Positions 10,094 through 20,392 of a stretch of 64,000 bases of DNA are shown here, piece after piece (the first letter of the stretch is position 1; every line of letters begins with the position of its first letter). The translations under genes were made by a program, and so were the position numbers. The notes beneath the pieces were generated by a model. That model saw only the letters and a program-made list of their open reading frames with translations, was not told the origin of the DNA and searched no databases. The DNA comes from Fibrobacteria bacterium (lineage in GTDB: Bacteria; Fibrobacterota; Fibrobacteria; UBA11236; JADFYW01): NCBI GenBank assembly GCA_050294405.1, contig JBNKOC010000030.1:32001-96000 (forward strand), read 5' to 3'.

Positions 10094-10110
10094 GATATAT
10101 GGATTTAAAT

Positions 10111-10127
10111 TGTAAAAAATCTCGACA
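10111..10127. promoter_or_regulatory. TGT-N11-ACA enhancer-like site upstream of the PEP-CTERM gene
   Basis: TGTAAAAAATCTCGACA resembles the 17-nt site I recall being associated with proteobacterial PEP-CTERM genes (candidate PrsR site). Confidence 0.5.
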
Positions 10128-10239
10128 CTTTCCTGTGGTTTAGAAAATTAATTGGGTCAAAATTCTCAAATAAACTTTCCTCCTTCGTCAATTTTATTAG
10201 CTTTTTGTTGTAAGCGAATTGAATTGAGGAAAGCTAAAA

Positions 10240-11088
10240 ATGAAATCTGCTATACTAAAAACATATATGGGCCTTTTGGTTTTGGCCTTTCAAAGCTATG
10301 CTGTAATTGTTGAAGGTACGTTTTCCGGTTCGGTTAATGCCGGCTACGATTATACAAATCACTTTGGAATGGGTTACTCGGCTCCTTTACATGGAACAAG
10401 CTTTACAGGCACATTTAGCTATGAAACCGATGATTCCGGGCCTGATGTTTATCCCTATTCTGACCCATATGACCTTACTGGGTATTACAATGGAACTAAC
10501 CTACAATGGTTAAATGTATCTGTTTCCATTTTGGGTGTTACTGAATCTTTTCACAATGGATCAGGCACCGCCAATAATGAGTGGAATTCGGTTTTAACAG
10601 ACCCCGGAAATTTTACCGGCTGGAACTACGTAAACGTTTACGATTATGATAGTTATCCTGGCGGCAGCTATGTCTCAGACCAATATCAGCTTGGAGTTCG
10701 CGAAGTGAGAGATGTTTATGATGGCGGCTTGCACTATACATGGTCTGAGCAATTTAGTTTAAGTGTAAGTGAATTTACAGATGGCTCTTTTACCAATGGG
10801 GTTTCCACAGCGCAGGAATTTAATTGGGAGGCAGATCCTTCAAGAAGCTATTCTACTACGGGGTATTTTGGGGTGTACCACCAAATTATGTCGGGGCCAT
10901 ACACAAATGACCTCTTTGATTTTTACGAATTTAACTTTACCTTAAACCAGGTTAGTGCGCGTGTGGTCGATCCTGGTGTTATAGATCCAGGAGATTTGCC
11001 TGAAAGCGTTCCAGAGCCGGGTAGTTTGGCTCTTCTAGGAGCTGGAATGTTAGGGTTTTTGGGTTATAGGAAAAAGCGAAAGAAATAA
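10240..11088 (+). CDS. PEP-CTERM sorting-domain surface protein
   Basis: Signal peptide; S/T/G/N/Y-rich body; C-terminal VPEPGSLALLGAGMLGFLGYRKKRKK. Confidence 0.95.
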   Translation: MKSAILKTYMGLLVLAFQSYAVIVEGTFSGSVNAGYDYTNHFGMGYSAPLHGTSFTGTFSYETDDSGPDVYPYSDPYDLTGYYNGTNLQWLNVSVSILGVTESFHNGSGTANNEWNSVLTDPGNFTGWNYVNVYDYDSYPGGSYVSDQYQLGVREVRDVYDGGLHYTWSEQFSLSVSEFTDGSFTNGVSTAQEFNWEADPSRSYSTTGYFGVYHQIMSGPYTNDLFDFYEFNFTLNQVSARVVDPGVIDPGDLPESVPEPGSLALLGAGMLGFLGYRKKRKK

Positions 11089-11139
11089 TTTTCAATTATT
11101 ATTTTTTAAATTCATTGAAGTGTTGAATGTTAGGTGATT

Positions 11140-11544
11140 TCAACCTAAATTTTGAATGATGTTTATCAATTCTTGGGTTGAAAATGGTTTAACTATGAAA
11201 GATTCAATTTCAGGATAAGATTTTGCTTTTAAAATTTCCGATGGGTTAATAGAAGAAGTAAGAATATGTAAACGAACCTGTTTAGCGAATTTTTTATGCA
11301 AGGGTAAATAAGCTTCTATGAACTCCCACCCATCCATAGCCGGCATATTTAAATCGAGGAGTATCACATTAGGCAGGTTTTCCGGGGAGTTCTGGTGCCG
11401 TTTTAATTGGCTAATTACCTGGTTGCCATCTGTAAAAAAAATTATTGTATTTGCGAAGTTCAACTTATTATTTTTTCTTTCTATCAGGGAAAGAAAAATT
11501 TCATCGTCATCTAGCATCCAAAGATGATCAATGTTAGGTTTCAC
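11140..11544 (-). CDS. Single-domain response regulator
   Basis: LDDD, LLDLNMPAMDGWEF, LTSS, KP. Confidence 0.93.
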   Translation of the reverse strand: MKPNIDHLWMLDDDEIFLSLIERKNNKLNFANTIIFFTDGNQVISQLKRHQNSPENLPNVILLDLNMPAMDGWEFIEAYLPLHKKFAKQVRLHILTSSINPSEILKAKSYPEIESFIVKPFSTQELINIIQNLG

Positions 11545-12784
11545 CAGATGTGTCGCACAATTTAAGGGTGAAAACAGAACCAGCTTTGGGTAGGCTTTCC
11601 ACGTATATGTCTCCTCCTAATTTGGCCAATTGGGTTTTTGTTTGAAATAGCCCAAACCCCCGTGAGTCCGTTTTTTTGTGAAAGGTTCGGCCAAGTTTAA
11701 AAATTTTATCTCCGTAGGCGTTTAGATCCATCCCGGACCCGTTATCTCTAAATTCAAGATATATCCAATTTTTTTTCAAATAACTGCGAACTTGTATCAA
11801 TGAGGCTCTATCCGGGATCCCATATTTAATTGAATTGCTAAGTAAATTTATAAAGATGCTTTCAAGGTATTTTTTGGGAAACCGAATTCTTTCTATTTCA
11901 GAAAAGTTTGAGACAATCTTGGCTCCAGCCTTATCTACTTCTGCTTTTAATAATTGAATTACCTCCTCGAAGCAAGTCTTAAAGTGAACTTCCTCCACTT
12001 TTCCTGTATTGCTGGTCATAATCTGGGTTGTGCTTATTAATTTTTCGGTGAGTAGCTTCATGTTATTAAGAACTTTTTTCTGGTCTTCTAAAAGAGTACT
12101 TTTTTCTAAGTCGCTGGACTCTTCTTGCAACATGTCATTGATAAGCATCAAATTAGAGAGAGGTGCTCTTAAGTTGTGAGAAATTATGCCGCAAAACTCT
12201 TCTAAGCTGTTTTTTTGCTTTTGTATCTGCGTAAGCATTTTTTCTTTTTGCTGGAGATTGGATTCTAATTGACTGCGTATATTGATATTTTCTATCGATA
12301 CTGCTGTTATGTCAGCGAGAGATTGCAATAGAAGGACATCTTCTTCGCTGGGCATGTATGTGGAAGCCCAGTAATTTCCAATGGCTCCAAGTGGATCGAT
12401 AGTGCGGATGGGAACCATTACAAGACTTTTCACAAATGTGGGGCGGTAGGCGTTTTGGGGAATACGTTCATCCTGGTAAATATCTTCAATTACAGCCGGT
12501 TTCTTATTGAGCATTGCCCAACCAGAGATACATGAATTAATAGGAAAACGGCTTCCCTTCCAGAGCGGGCTGATGGCGTCCTCATCGGCATAATAACAAT
12601 GGCCATTTTCCCTGAGTACAAATGTAGCGCCATCGGCTCCCGTCAATTCACGAGCTATTTTTCGGACAATCTTCATAACCGAATCCAAGTCTTGCGCAAG
12701 TGACAGTTGTTGCACTGTCAGCACAAGCTTTTCAATTCCCGAGCTGTACTTGGAACTTAGGTTTGTTTTATCGATAGTGGACAT
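11534..12784 (-). CDS. GAF-domain sensor histidine kinase
   Basis: GAF domain (ARELTGADGATFVLRE...GAIGNYW), H-box SHNLRAP, NLLSNSIKY, DNGSG, GFGL. Start placed at ATG 12784 rather than the TTG at 12892. Confidence 0.9.
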   Translation of the reverse strand: MSTIDKTNLSSKYSSGIEKLVLTVQQLSLAQDLDSVMKIVRKIARELTGADGATFVLRENGHCYYADEDAISPLWKGSRFPINSCISGWAMLNKKPAVIEDIYQDERIPQNAYRPTFVKSLVMVPIRTIDPLGAIGNYWASTYMPSEEDVLLLQSLADITAVSIENINIRSQLESNLQQKEKMLTQIQKQKNSLEEFCGIISHNLRAPLSNLMLINDMLQEESSDLEKSTLLEDQKKVLNNMKLLTEKLISTTQIMTSNTGKVEEVHFKTCFEEVIQLLKAEVDKAGAKIVSNFSEIERIRFPKKYLESIFINLLSNSIKYGIPDRASLIQVRSYLKKNWIYLEFRDNGSGMDLNAYGDKIFKLGRTFHKKTDSRGFGLFQTKTQLAKLGGDIYVESLPKAGSVFTLKLCDTSGET

Positions 12785-12994
12785 AATATTTCCGAATATT
12801 CTAATAATATCCAAGATTTTGTTGAAAGTGAAATTAAGCAACTCAGTTTGGTTGTTAGTTAAATATTTATTGTAGTACCAGAGTTTTTCCAAAAAGCAAG
12901 CAACTGACTTTGCATCCCATGGCTAGTAGAGGGATCGTTTAGTAAAAAGGCATAAGTTTTTAAGTCCCAACCAGCTGTATAAGAACTTAATGCC

Positions 12995-13042
12995 GGACTA
13001 AATATTGTACCCCAATATTTGGTTTAGTACAAAATATTGTGT
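12995..13042. promoter_or_regulatory. Tandem NrdR-like boxes (two direct, 32 bp start to start, plus an inverted one between)
   Basis: GGACTAAATATTGTAC (12995-13010), GTACAAAATATTGTGT (13027-13042) and reverse-strand AAACCAAATATTGGGG (13010-13025) versus consensus acaCwAtATaTwGtgt; upstream of nrdBA. Confidence 0.75.
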
Positions 13043-13059
13043 TTTCTCTAAAAAATTTA

Positions 13060-13088
13060 TTGACTGTCATTTTTTAATGAATTAATTT
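13060..13088 (+). promoter_or_regulatory. Candidate sigma-70 promoter of the riboswitch-nrdBA transcript
   Basis: TTGACT-17 bp-TAATTT immediately before the riboswitch. Confidence 0.45.
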
Positions 13089-13091
13089 CAT

Positions 13092-13264
13092 CTTATCAGG
13101 TTTATCAACCATGTTGGTATCGCAAGAGGGAACCCGGTGAAAATCCGGGGCTGGCCCGCAGCGGTAATTGGGAACGAAAGCTGAATTATGGCACTGTTTG
13201 CAGAGCAAATGGGAAGCCTCAGCAAGTAGGTTATTTGCCCAAAAGTCCGAAGACCTGCCTGATT
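13092..13264 (+). ncRNA. Cobalamin (B12) riboswitch
   Basis: Hallmark elements in order: AAGAGGGAAcccGGTGAAAATCCGgggCTGgCCCGCAGCGGTAA, GCACTG, TGGGAAG, and B12 box AAGTCCGAAGACCTGCC. Confidence 0.95.
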
Positions 13265-13363
13265 TGAAAACACTCGGGGATAGGTGGCAATCAATGCGCC
13301 TCCATTATCCAAGTTTATACATCATTGGAATTTGTTTGTCTTTTTTCAAGAAAAGGAGGTTAC

Positions 13364-14377
13364 ATGGATTTGGGGAAAAATAATATTAAACATGTTAATA
13401 GAGATGAAGGCCACTTTGAGGTTGAACAACTGCTTCGGCCAAATGAGCAGCGGTTCACAATTTACCCCATCAATCATAAGGAAATATGGGAGTATTACAA
13501 AAAGGCGCAGGCCAGTTTTTGGACGGCTGAGGAAATAGATCTCTTTTTTGATAAAGAGCATTGGCAAACTCTTAAGGATGAAGAACAACATTTTATCAAA
13601 TATGTCCTCGCTTTTTTTGCCGCCAGTGACGGAATTGTAAATGAAAATTTGTGCCTTAATTTTATGCGGGAAATACAAATTCCCGAAATACGATGTTTTT
13701 ATGGGTTTCAAATAATGATGGAAAACATACATTCAGAGGTTTACAGTTTGATGATAGAAACATTAATACCCAATTATGAAGAAAAAAATAAGCTGTTCCG
13801 TGCAATAGAACTTATACCATGTGTAAGAGATAAATCAAAGTGGGCGTTGGATTGGATAAATAAGGGGAGTTTTGCTGAAAGGCTTTTGGCCTTTATAGCG
13901 GTGGAAGGAATTTTCTTCTCTGGGAGTTTCTGCGCTTTATTTTGGCTAAAAAAAAGAGGACTGATGCCCGGACTCACCTTTTCCAATGAATTGATTTCAA
14001 GGGATGAGGCTATGCATTGTGAGTTCGGATGTTTGTTGTATGGCATGCTAGAAAATAAGCCTGAAGAATACATTGTGCAGTCTATTTTCAAGAGTGCAGT
14101 AGAAGTAGAAAAAAAGTTTATTTTAGAAGCGCTCCCTGTCAGTTTAATAGGCATGAATAACCAGGATATGGGCCAATATATTGAATATGTTGCGGACTAT
14201 TGGATGGAGGCTCTTGGGTATGGGCCAATATATCAAGCACAAAACCCTTTTGATTTTATGGAGCTCATTTCTTTGCAAGGAAAGACAAACTTTTTTGAAA
14301 AAAGGGTCGGGGACTATCGAAAATCTTCTGTGGGTGTTCTTGCGGGCGAGAAATTTTCACTGACAGAAGACTTTTAG
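13364..14377 (+). CDS. nrdB: Class Ia ribonucleotide reductase beta subunit
   Basis: [29 protein letters not shown] (radical Tyr), [28 protein letters not shown] at 13364 follows AGGAGG. Confidence 0.97.
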   Translation: MDLGKNNIKHVNRDEGHFEVEQLLRPNEQRFTIYPINHKEIWEYYKKAQASFWTAEEIDLFFDKEHWQTLKDEEQHFIKYVLAFFAASDGIVNENLCLNFMREIQIPEIRCFYGFQIMMENIHSEVYSLMIETLIPNYEEKNKLFRAIELIPCVRDKSKWALDWINKGSFAERLLAFIAVEGIFFSGSFCALFWLKKRGLMPGLTFSNELISRDEAMHCEFGCLLYGMLENKPEEYIVQSIFKSAVEVEKKFILEALPVSLIGMNNQDMGQYIEYVADYWMEALGYGPIYQAQNPFDFMELISLQGKTNFFEKRVGDYRKSSVGVLAGEKFSLTEDF

Positions 14378-14385
14378 GAGGAAAT

Positions 14386-16740
14386 ATGTTTGTTGTAAAA
14401 AGATCCGGAAAAAAAGAATCAATATATTTTGACAAGATCACATGGAGAGTTGAGAAGCTTTGTTATGGTCTGGACAGAGATAAATTAGACGTCATAGAAA
14501 TTACCAAAAAAGTGATCAATGGACTGTACGACGGAGTTACTACCTCAGAACTTGACAGTCTGGCGGCTGAGATTTGCGCGAGCCTTGCTCTCAAGCATCC
14601 TGACTATGGAGTGCTAGCGGCGCGCATTGCCATTTCAAATTTGCACAAAAGCACAGAGAAATCCTTTTCAAAGGTTATGGAAAAACTTTTTCGACAAGAG
14701 AGGAGGGAGACTCCAGATAAACCATTTTTATCAAATCGGTTCATGGAAACTATTCGAAAATACAATGATGAATTGGATTCCTGCATCATACACTCGCGTG
14801 ATTTTAATTTTGATTTCTTTGGAATCAAAACTTTAGAAAAATCCTACTTGCTAAGACTTGGCGATCATATTGTGGAGCGGCCTCAACATATGTTTATGAG
14901 ATGCGCGGTGGAAATCCATGGTGATGATATTGAAAAAGTTAAAGAAACATATAATCACATGGCCGAAGGAAATTTTATTCATGCTACCCCCACTCTGTTT
15001 AATTCCGGAACCCCAAAAAACCAAATGTCATCCTGTTTTCTAATGACCATTAAAGATGATAGCATTGAGGGCATTTACGAAAGTTTAAAGGATTGCGCCA
15101 AAATTTCTCAATCGGCTGGCGGAATCGGAATTAGCGTGCAGCACATAAGGGCTAAGGGCTCTTCCATAAATGGAACCAATGGAAAGAGCAACGGAATTAT
15201 TCCTATGTTAAGGGTGTTTAATGATACTGCCCGTTATGTTGACCAAGGGGGAGGTAAACGTAAAGGGGCGATTGCTGTATATTTGGAACCATGGCATGCG
15301 GATATTTTTGACTTCTTGGATTTGCGAAAAAACCACGGGCAGGAAGAATTACGCACTCGGGACTTATTTACGGCCCTTTGGATGAATGATTTATTTATGG
15401 AAAGGGTCGAAAATAATGGAATGTGGTCTTTGTTTTGTCCAACCAAGGCCCCTATGTTAGTGGATAGTTATGGGGAAGATTTCAAACGCCATTATTTACA
15501 TTACGAGCGGGAAGGTTTGGCGTTACGCCAGGTTTCTGCCCAGGACTTGTGGTTTTCTATTGTGAACTCTCAAATTGAAACGGGTACTCCCTATATATTG
15601 TACAAAGACGCTTGTAACAAAAAATCCAATCAAAAAAATCTGGGTACGATTCGCAATTCCAACCTTTGCGCTGAGATTGTGGAGTATTCTTCGGCCGAAG
15701 AATACGCAGTTTGCAATTTAGCATCTATCGCTCTGCCAAAATGTGTGGAAAATGGGAGGTTCAATTTTTCAAAGCTCGAAGAAATTACCTCAATTATTAC
15801 CATAAATCTAAACCGTATTATTGACAAAAATTATTACCCTGTCCCAGAAACCAAAAAATCCAACTTACGAAATCGGCCAATTGGTATTGGAGTCCAGGGA
15901 CTTGCCGATGTTTTTCTTTTAATGGGCCTGGCTTTTGAAAGCTCCGAAGCCAAAATGCTTAATCGGGAAATATTCGAAACTATTTATTATGCGGCTGTCC
16001 AGCAATCAATTGCACTTGCCAGAGAGTTTGGTCCTTATGACTCTTTTGAAGGAAGCCCGGCAAGCAAAGGGCTGCTGCAGTTTGATTTGTGGGACATTAA
16101 GCCTTCAGAAAGGTATGATTGGAAAGCTTTAAAAGCGGATTTGAAAAAATATGGGTTGCGCAATTCTTTGCTAGTAGCTCCAATGCCTACGGCTTCCACT
16201 TCCCAAATCTTAGGAAACAATGAATGTTTTGAACCTTATACATCAAATATTTATACGCGTAGAGTTTTGTCCGGAGAGTACATTGTTATTAACAAGCATT
16301 TGCTTAAAGATCTCATGGATAGCGGGCTTTGGAATTTGGATATAAAAAACAAAATTATAATGGCCGGCGGGTCCGTACAGAATATTTCGGAAATTCCTGA
16401 GGATATGCGACGCAAATATAAAACAGTTTGGGAAATCAGCCAGAAGTCAATTATTGACATGGCAGCTCAAAGAGGGCCTTTTGTTTGCCAAACCCAATCC
16501 ATGAATTTATTTATGGAAACTCCAACAGCGGCTAAAATTTCATCTATGCATTTTTATGCCTGGAAAAAAGGGCTTAAAACCGGAATGTATTATCTGAGAA
16601 GCCAAGCAGCGGGAAAAGCTGTTCAATTCACTGTGCGCAGTGGCCGTGCCTTGGAAAAGGTTTCAAAAGCAAAGGATACCGAACCTATGGCCTGTGAAAT
16701 TGGAGTCGGAGGTGAAGGTTGTGAAGTTTGCTCTTCATAA
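14386..16740 (+). CDS. nrdA: Class Ia ribonucleotide reductase alpha subunit with ATP cone
   Basis: VVKRSG ATP cone, [46 protein letters not shown]-terminal CEVC. Confidence 0.97.
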   Translation: MFVVKRSGKKESIYFDKITWRVEKLCYGLDRDKLDVIEITKKVINGLYDGVTTSELDSLAAEICASLALKHPDYGVLAARIAISNLHKSTEKSFSKVMEKLFRQERRETPDKPFLSNRFMETIRKYNDELDSCIIHSRDFNFDFFGIKTLEKSYLLRLGDHIVERPQHMFMRCAVEIHGDDIEKVKETYNHMAEGNFIHATPTLFNSGTPKNQMSSCFLMTIKDDSIEGIYESLKDCAKISQSAGGIGISVQHIRAKGSSINGTNGKSNGIIPMLRVFNDTARYVDQGGGKRKGAIAVYLEPWHADIFDFLDLRKNHGQEELRTRDLFTALWMNDLFMERVENNGMWSLFCPTKAPMLVDSYGEDFKRHYLHYEREGLALRQVSAQDLWFSIVNSQIETGTPYILYKDACNKKSNQKNLGTIRNSNLCAEIVEYSSAEEYAVCNLASIALPKCVENGRFNFSKLEEITSIITINLNRIIDKNYYPVPETKKSNLRNRPIGIGVQGLADVFLLMGLAFESSEAKMLNREIFETIYYAAVQQSIALAREFGPYDSFEGSPASKGLLQFDLWDIKPSERYDWKALKADLKKYGLRNSLLVAPMPTASTSQILGNNECFEPYTSNIYTRRVLSGEYIVINKHLLKDLMDSGLWNLDIKNKIIMAGGSVQNISEIPEDMRRKYKTVWEISQKSIIDMAAQRGPFVCQTQSMNLFMETPTAAKISSMHFYAWKKGLKTGMYYLRSQAAGKAVQFTVRSGRALEKVSKAKDTEPMACEIGVGGEGCEVCSS

Positions 16741-16764
16741 AAATTTTGGGCAACACTAATTATT

Positions 16765-17184
16765 TCAATTTTTGTTTCCTGAAACAAAAGGGCTGTAAGC
16801 TTTATCCATCCCTAAAATATGACCGGCAATCCAGGTTTTAAGGAATCGGCAGATCTTAGCTGAGGAATGGGGATCGCGATTTTCCTGAAACTCAGTGATG
16901 TAAGCGGATAATTGGGCAAGGAGCCTTTCATGAGCCTGCTTGTGTTTTTTAAGTTCGGGGTAATGGCGCAATTTCAATTCCGCTTCCTCATCATTAAAAT
17001 GTATCTGACATTTCCAGCTTAACTCTTTTAGATGCTCCCCTGCTTGCTTCCAATTTTGAGCTTGGCTTGCCGTATAAAAATGATTCATGCTTTGGATTAG
17101 CATTTGATGTTGTTTGTCAAATTTTTCTACCTGTGTAGAAAGTTGTTCGCTCCATTTGAAAAAAAGTTCCTCGCCTTGCCCCAT
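16765..17184 (-). CDS. Single-domain bacteriohemerythrin
   Basis: W...DKQH, HFNDEE, HKQAH and HILGMD iron ligands all present. Confidence 0.92.
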   Translation of the reverse strand: MGQGEELFFKWSEQLSTQVEKFDKQHQMLIQSMNHFYTASQAQNWKQAGEHLKELSWKCQIHFNDEEAELKLRHYPELKKHKQAHERLLAQLSAYITEFQENRDPHSSAKICRFLKTWIAGHILGMDKAYSPFVSGNKN

Positions 17185-17215
17185 ATTTGGATTTTACCAT
17201 ACTTTTTTGTGCCAG

Positions 17216-17258
17216 AACAAAATCAGACCAAAGGCACCCATTGGTGCCTCTGGACTGA
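17216..17258 (-). terminator. Terminator-like hairpin in the 5' leader of the hemerythrin gene
   Basis: Minus strand TCAG-T-CCAGAGGCACC-AATG-GGTGCCTTTGG-T-CTGA followed by TTTTGTT. Confidence 0.6.
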
Positions 17259-17630
17259 CTGAGGAATGAGATTTGAAGAACTAAGTTCAGCCAAATCGGT
17301 TTTGCGTTACCGAAGTTAAGTGTATTACAAACCCATTTTATATTCAATACATTTTTTGCATATTATTTTTTATCCTGAGGCCGAAATAAGTCTTACCTAA
17401 TAAATTTGGCTGAAATCCTTAGTATAAATCAAACTTTGGGCTAGTTCTCTAGCCAATTTTTAAGGTGTAAACAATTGTTGCACCTTTTTTTGGGTTTGAA
17501 GTTCAGGTAAAATTTAATTGCGAAAATGAAACCATTACTCACATGCAATTCTCAAAATCAAAAAGCTTTAATAGAAAACGGAGATAAAATTTACTCAAAT
17601 CAAGGCGCCAATAATCGCTAGGAACCTGAA

Positions 17631-19568
17631 ATGATTACACGGGTTTTCATTTGTGAAGACAAAATGAGTGCATACTTAGATGTGATTTATCAGAATGGGA
17701 ATTCAGAAAACATAACACATGTGGAAATTGAAAAATTATTGGTTTCCAATAATGTTATCTATGGGTATTCCGCGGAAGACATAAAAAAAGCGGCAATAAA
17801 GTGTAAAATTGATGGTGGACTTAACAATTACCTCATAGCAAAAGGAAAAGAAAAATCATTTCCCGAGATCCAGTCTTTTTCTTTTGATGAAAAATTAGTT
17901 ACGCCTGAAAATTATATTAGCAAATACAAACATGATTTTAATTCGGGAAAATTCTATGAACCTGATGAGTTTCCCAATGAGATATACCCTTTAGTTCCTG
18001 GTCAGGTTATAGGTCAACTGCTTTTTTCTGCAAAGGGGAACGAAAAAATTAATGTTTTTGGGGAAAATGAATCTTGCTACCCAGATTTTTACCCTTATAA
18101 TATTCCGGAGTTTTTAGTAAAAAGGGAGCAAATTCTTTCCAATGCAAACGGATTGCTATATAGGGATGGAGAAAAATACAAAATCCTTCCGTTTCAAAAT
18201 GATTTTGAGTTCTCAGTAAACATTGATTCAGCCAAGATGGCTGTCGCCCTGGAAATATATCCATCTAAAATAAAAGATGTCGGGAAAAGTTCAAAAAACA
18301 TTTTAGAGGACCTAACAAGTAAAAAAATTAGGGCATCAGTAAATGCGCCAAAAATTTGTGGTTTAATTTCAAGCTTTGCAAAAGACAAAAAAAAGGTTTC
18401 AGGAATAATTTCCGTAGGAAAAAAACCAGTTCCTGGGAGAAATGGCGAAGTGAATGTTTTATATAATGAGGTCCCAGAAAACTTAATAAGTGAAACGGAT
18501 GACCAAAAAATAGATTTTAAGGCGCATAACTCCTTTGTTAAAATCGAGGAAAATTCTGTTATAGCCGTCATTCAAGACCCAATTCCAGGTGTGGAGGGGG
18601 TGGATGTTTATGGTGAAGTTGTTGAAGTTAAGCCTCCAAAACAGGCGAAGTTTAGTTCGGGAGAAGGAACATTTATAAATCCAGCCGATAACACACAATT
18701 ATTAGCTAAATGGGATGGCATTTTTCAGTTAAAGAATGGCCTTCCTTCTGTCCGTCCAGTATTAGAAATAAACGGTCATGTGGATTTTGAATCGGGCGAC
18801 ATAGATTTTAGTGGAGATGTAATAATCGGCGGAGACATTAAATCCGGCTTTAAGGTTAAAGGCAAATCGCTAGAAATAAGTGGTTCTGTTGAGGATTGCC
18901 AAGTCAGTTCTTTTGGTAATATTAATATTAGCGGAGGTTTTATAGGTGAAGGAAATGGTAAGATTGTTTGTTCTTCAGGGGATCTTGTCATGGGATTTAT
19001 ACATAATCAGACCGTATTGTGTGGGGGGAATGTTGTTATTCAAAAAGAATGTTTTGACGCTAAACTAAAATGTGCTGGAAGTATTAATTGCAACGGAGAT
19101 CCCATTTCTATTGTCGGCGGAAATCTGTGCAGTTATTTGGGGCTCAATGCCAATGTGATTGGAAATGAAACAGGCCAAAAGACGTTAATTGAAATAGGAA
19201 AAAACTTTTTGTTGGAGGAAAACTTAGATAAGTTAAGCGACGAATTAGAGGAACTGGAAAAAAAACAACGACGATTAAAGTATTTATTTAATAAACTTTC
19301 GAAATGGCACAAAAAATCCGAATACATGTATTTGCTTTCGAAATCTGAAAAAGCAAATGGAATCTTGAAAAGGACCTTAGCTGAAAAGCTTATACAAATA
19401 AAAGAGTGCAAAGAGAACTTGATTACCAAAAAGGATGTTTGTGTGAAAGCAAATAAAATATATCCTGGGGTAATATTAAACATCAAAGGGGAAATTTTAA
19501 TAGTCCCAAAAGTTATCGAAAATGTTGAACTAAAAGTCAGGAACAACAGAGTTATAAACGTAAAATGA
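17631..19568 (+). CDS. FapA/DUF342 family protein
   Basis: GKKPVPGRNG, IDFK, PGVEGVDVYGE, VDFESGDIDFSGDVIIGGDIKSGFKVK, beta-helix region, C-terminal coiled coil and IYPGV. Confidence 0.88.
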   Translation: MITRVFICEDKMSAYLDVIYQNGNSENITHVEIEKLLVSNNVIYGYSAEDIKKAAIKCKIDGGLNNYLIAKGKEKSFPEIQSFSFDEKLVTPENYISKYKHDFNSGKFYEPDEFPNEIYPLVPGQVIGQLLFSAKGNEKINVFGENESCYPDFYPYNIPEFLVKREQILSNANGLLYRDGEKYKILPFQNDFEFSVNIDSAKMAVALEIYPSKIKDVGKSSKNILEDLTSKKIRASVNAPKICGLISSFAKDKKKVSGIISVGKKPVPGRNGEVNVLYNEVPENLISETDDQKIDFKAHNSFVKIEENSVIAVIQDPIPGVEGVDVYGEVVEVKPPKQAKFSSGEGTFINPADNTQLLAKWDGIFQLKNGLPSVRPVLEINGHVDFESGDIDFSGDVIIGGDIKSGFKVKGKSLEISGSVEDCQVSSFGNINISGGFIGEGNGKIVCSSGDLVMGFIHNQTVLCGGNVVIQKECFDAKLKCAGSINCNGDPISIVGGNLCSYLGLNANVIGNETGQKTLIEIGKNFLLEENLDKLSDELEELEKKQRRLKYLFNKLSKWHKKSEYMYLLSKSEKANGILKRTLAEKLIQIKECKENLITKKDVCVKANKIYPGVILNIKGEILIVPKVIENVELKVRNNRVINVK

Positions 19569-19999
19569 ATAAAGTGCTAATTATTGACGATGCCAAGCCT
19601 TTGCTTAATATAATGCAGCTCAGGCTAAAAAACGATTTTAAAGTGATAACCTCATTAAGTAGTGTTGATGGAATAAAAATGATTGTCAAGGAAAATCCGG
19701 ATGTGCTCGTTATTGATTTAATGATGCCCCAAATTAATGGAATTCAAATTTTGCAAAGCTTAAAAAATAAAAATAATTATGTTCCAGTTATTGTGCTAAC
19801 TAGTGCCAAACATAGCCCTATGGTTGATGAAGCTTATGCTTTAGGCGCCAAAAAAGTACTGTTTAAGCCCTGCAATTTTAGCGATTTAATTTCCACCATC
19901 AAAATTGTTATTGAAGAATCTGTGATTACCGGAGACGAATTGGCTGAACTTGAAAACCTGGTGAAGGAAATACTGTTACAAGAAAAAGGCGAAAATTGA
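19565..19999 (+). CDS. Response regulator (receiver only)
   Basis: IIDD, IDLMMPQING, LTS, KP; 4-bp overlap with the upstream gene. Confidence 0.9.
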   Translation: MNKVLIIDDAKPLLNIMQLRLKNDFKVITSLSSVDGIKMIVKENPDVLVIDLMMPQINGIQILQSLKNKNNYVPVIVLTSAKHSPMVDEAYALGAKKVLFKPCNFSDLISTIKIVIEESVITGDELAELENLVKEILLQEKGEN

Positions 20000-20002
20000 A
20001 TA

Positions 20003-20392
20003 ATGGCAAAGTTTTTAATTGTTGATGATGAGTCCGTAAATACCAAACTTTTAGAAAGAATATTAGTTGAATTTGGGGAATGTGTTTGCTGCCATTCAGG
20101 TGGAGAAGCTTTGGATGAAATTGTCAAAGCTTCGCGAGAAAAAAATAATTTCGATGCGATTTTTCTGGATATTATGATGCCTCGAATGGATGGTCATGAG
20201 ATCTTAAGAATATTGAGGAAAATAGAGTCTGAACATATGTTAAATAAATCAATAGTATTTATGGTCACAGCATTGGACGATGCTGATTCCGTCATGGATT
20301 CGTTTATGGCAGATTGCCAGGAGTATCTTATTAAACCTGTTGAGAAGAAAAAATTAATACGTAAGTTAAACAAATATGGAATAAGCGAATAG
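20003..20392 (+). CDS. Response regulator (CheY-like receiver)
   Basis: IVDD, LDIMMPRMDG, VTA, KP. Confidence 0.9.
   Translation: MAKFLIVDDESVNTKLLERILVEFGECVCCHSGGEALDEIVKASREKNNFDAIFLDIMMPRMDGHEILRILRKIESEHMLNKSIVFMVTALDDADSVMDSFMADCQEYLIKPVEKKKLIRKLNKYGISE

Noticed and set aside
13088..13538. Short ORFs 13088-13312, 13168-13383 and 13284-13538
   Set aside because: They overlap the cobalamin riboswitch or nrdB and show no protein motifs.
17280..17335. c-di-GMP-I (GEMM) riboswitch suggested by ACGCAAAACC on the minus strand
   Set aside because: It lacks a convincing GGCAAAC-P2 stem with GNRA loop and the downstream receptor stem. Kept only as an unclassified leader.
17117..17347. 76-aa minus-strand ORF
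   Set aside because: It overlaps hemerythrin out of frame, runs through the terminator-like hairpin, and has a TTG start with no motifs.
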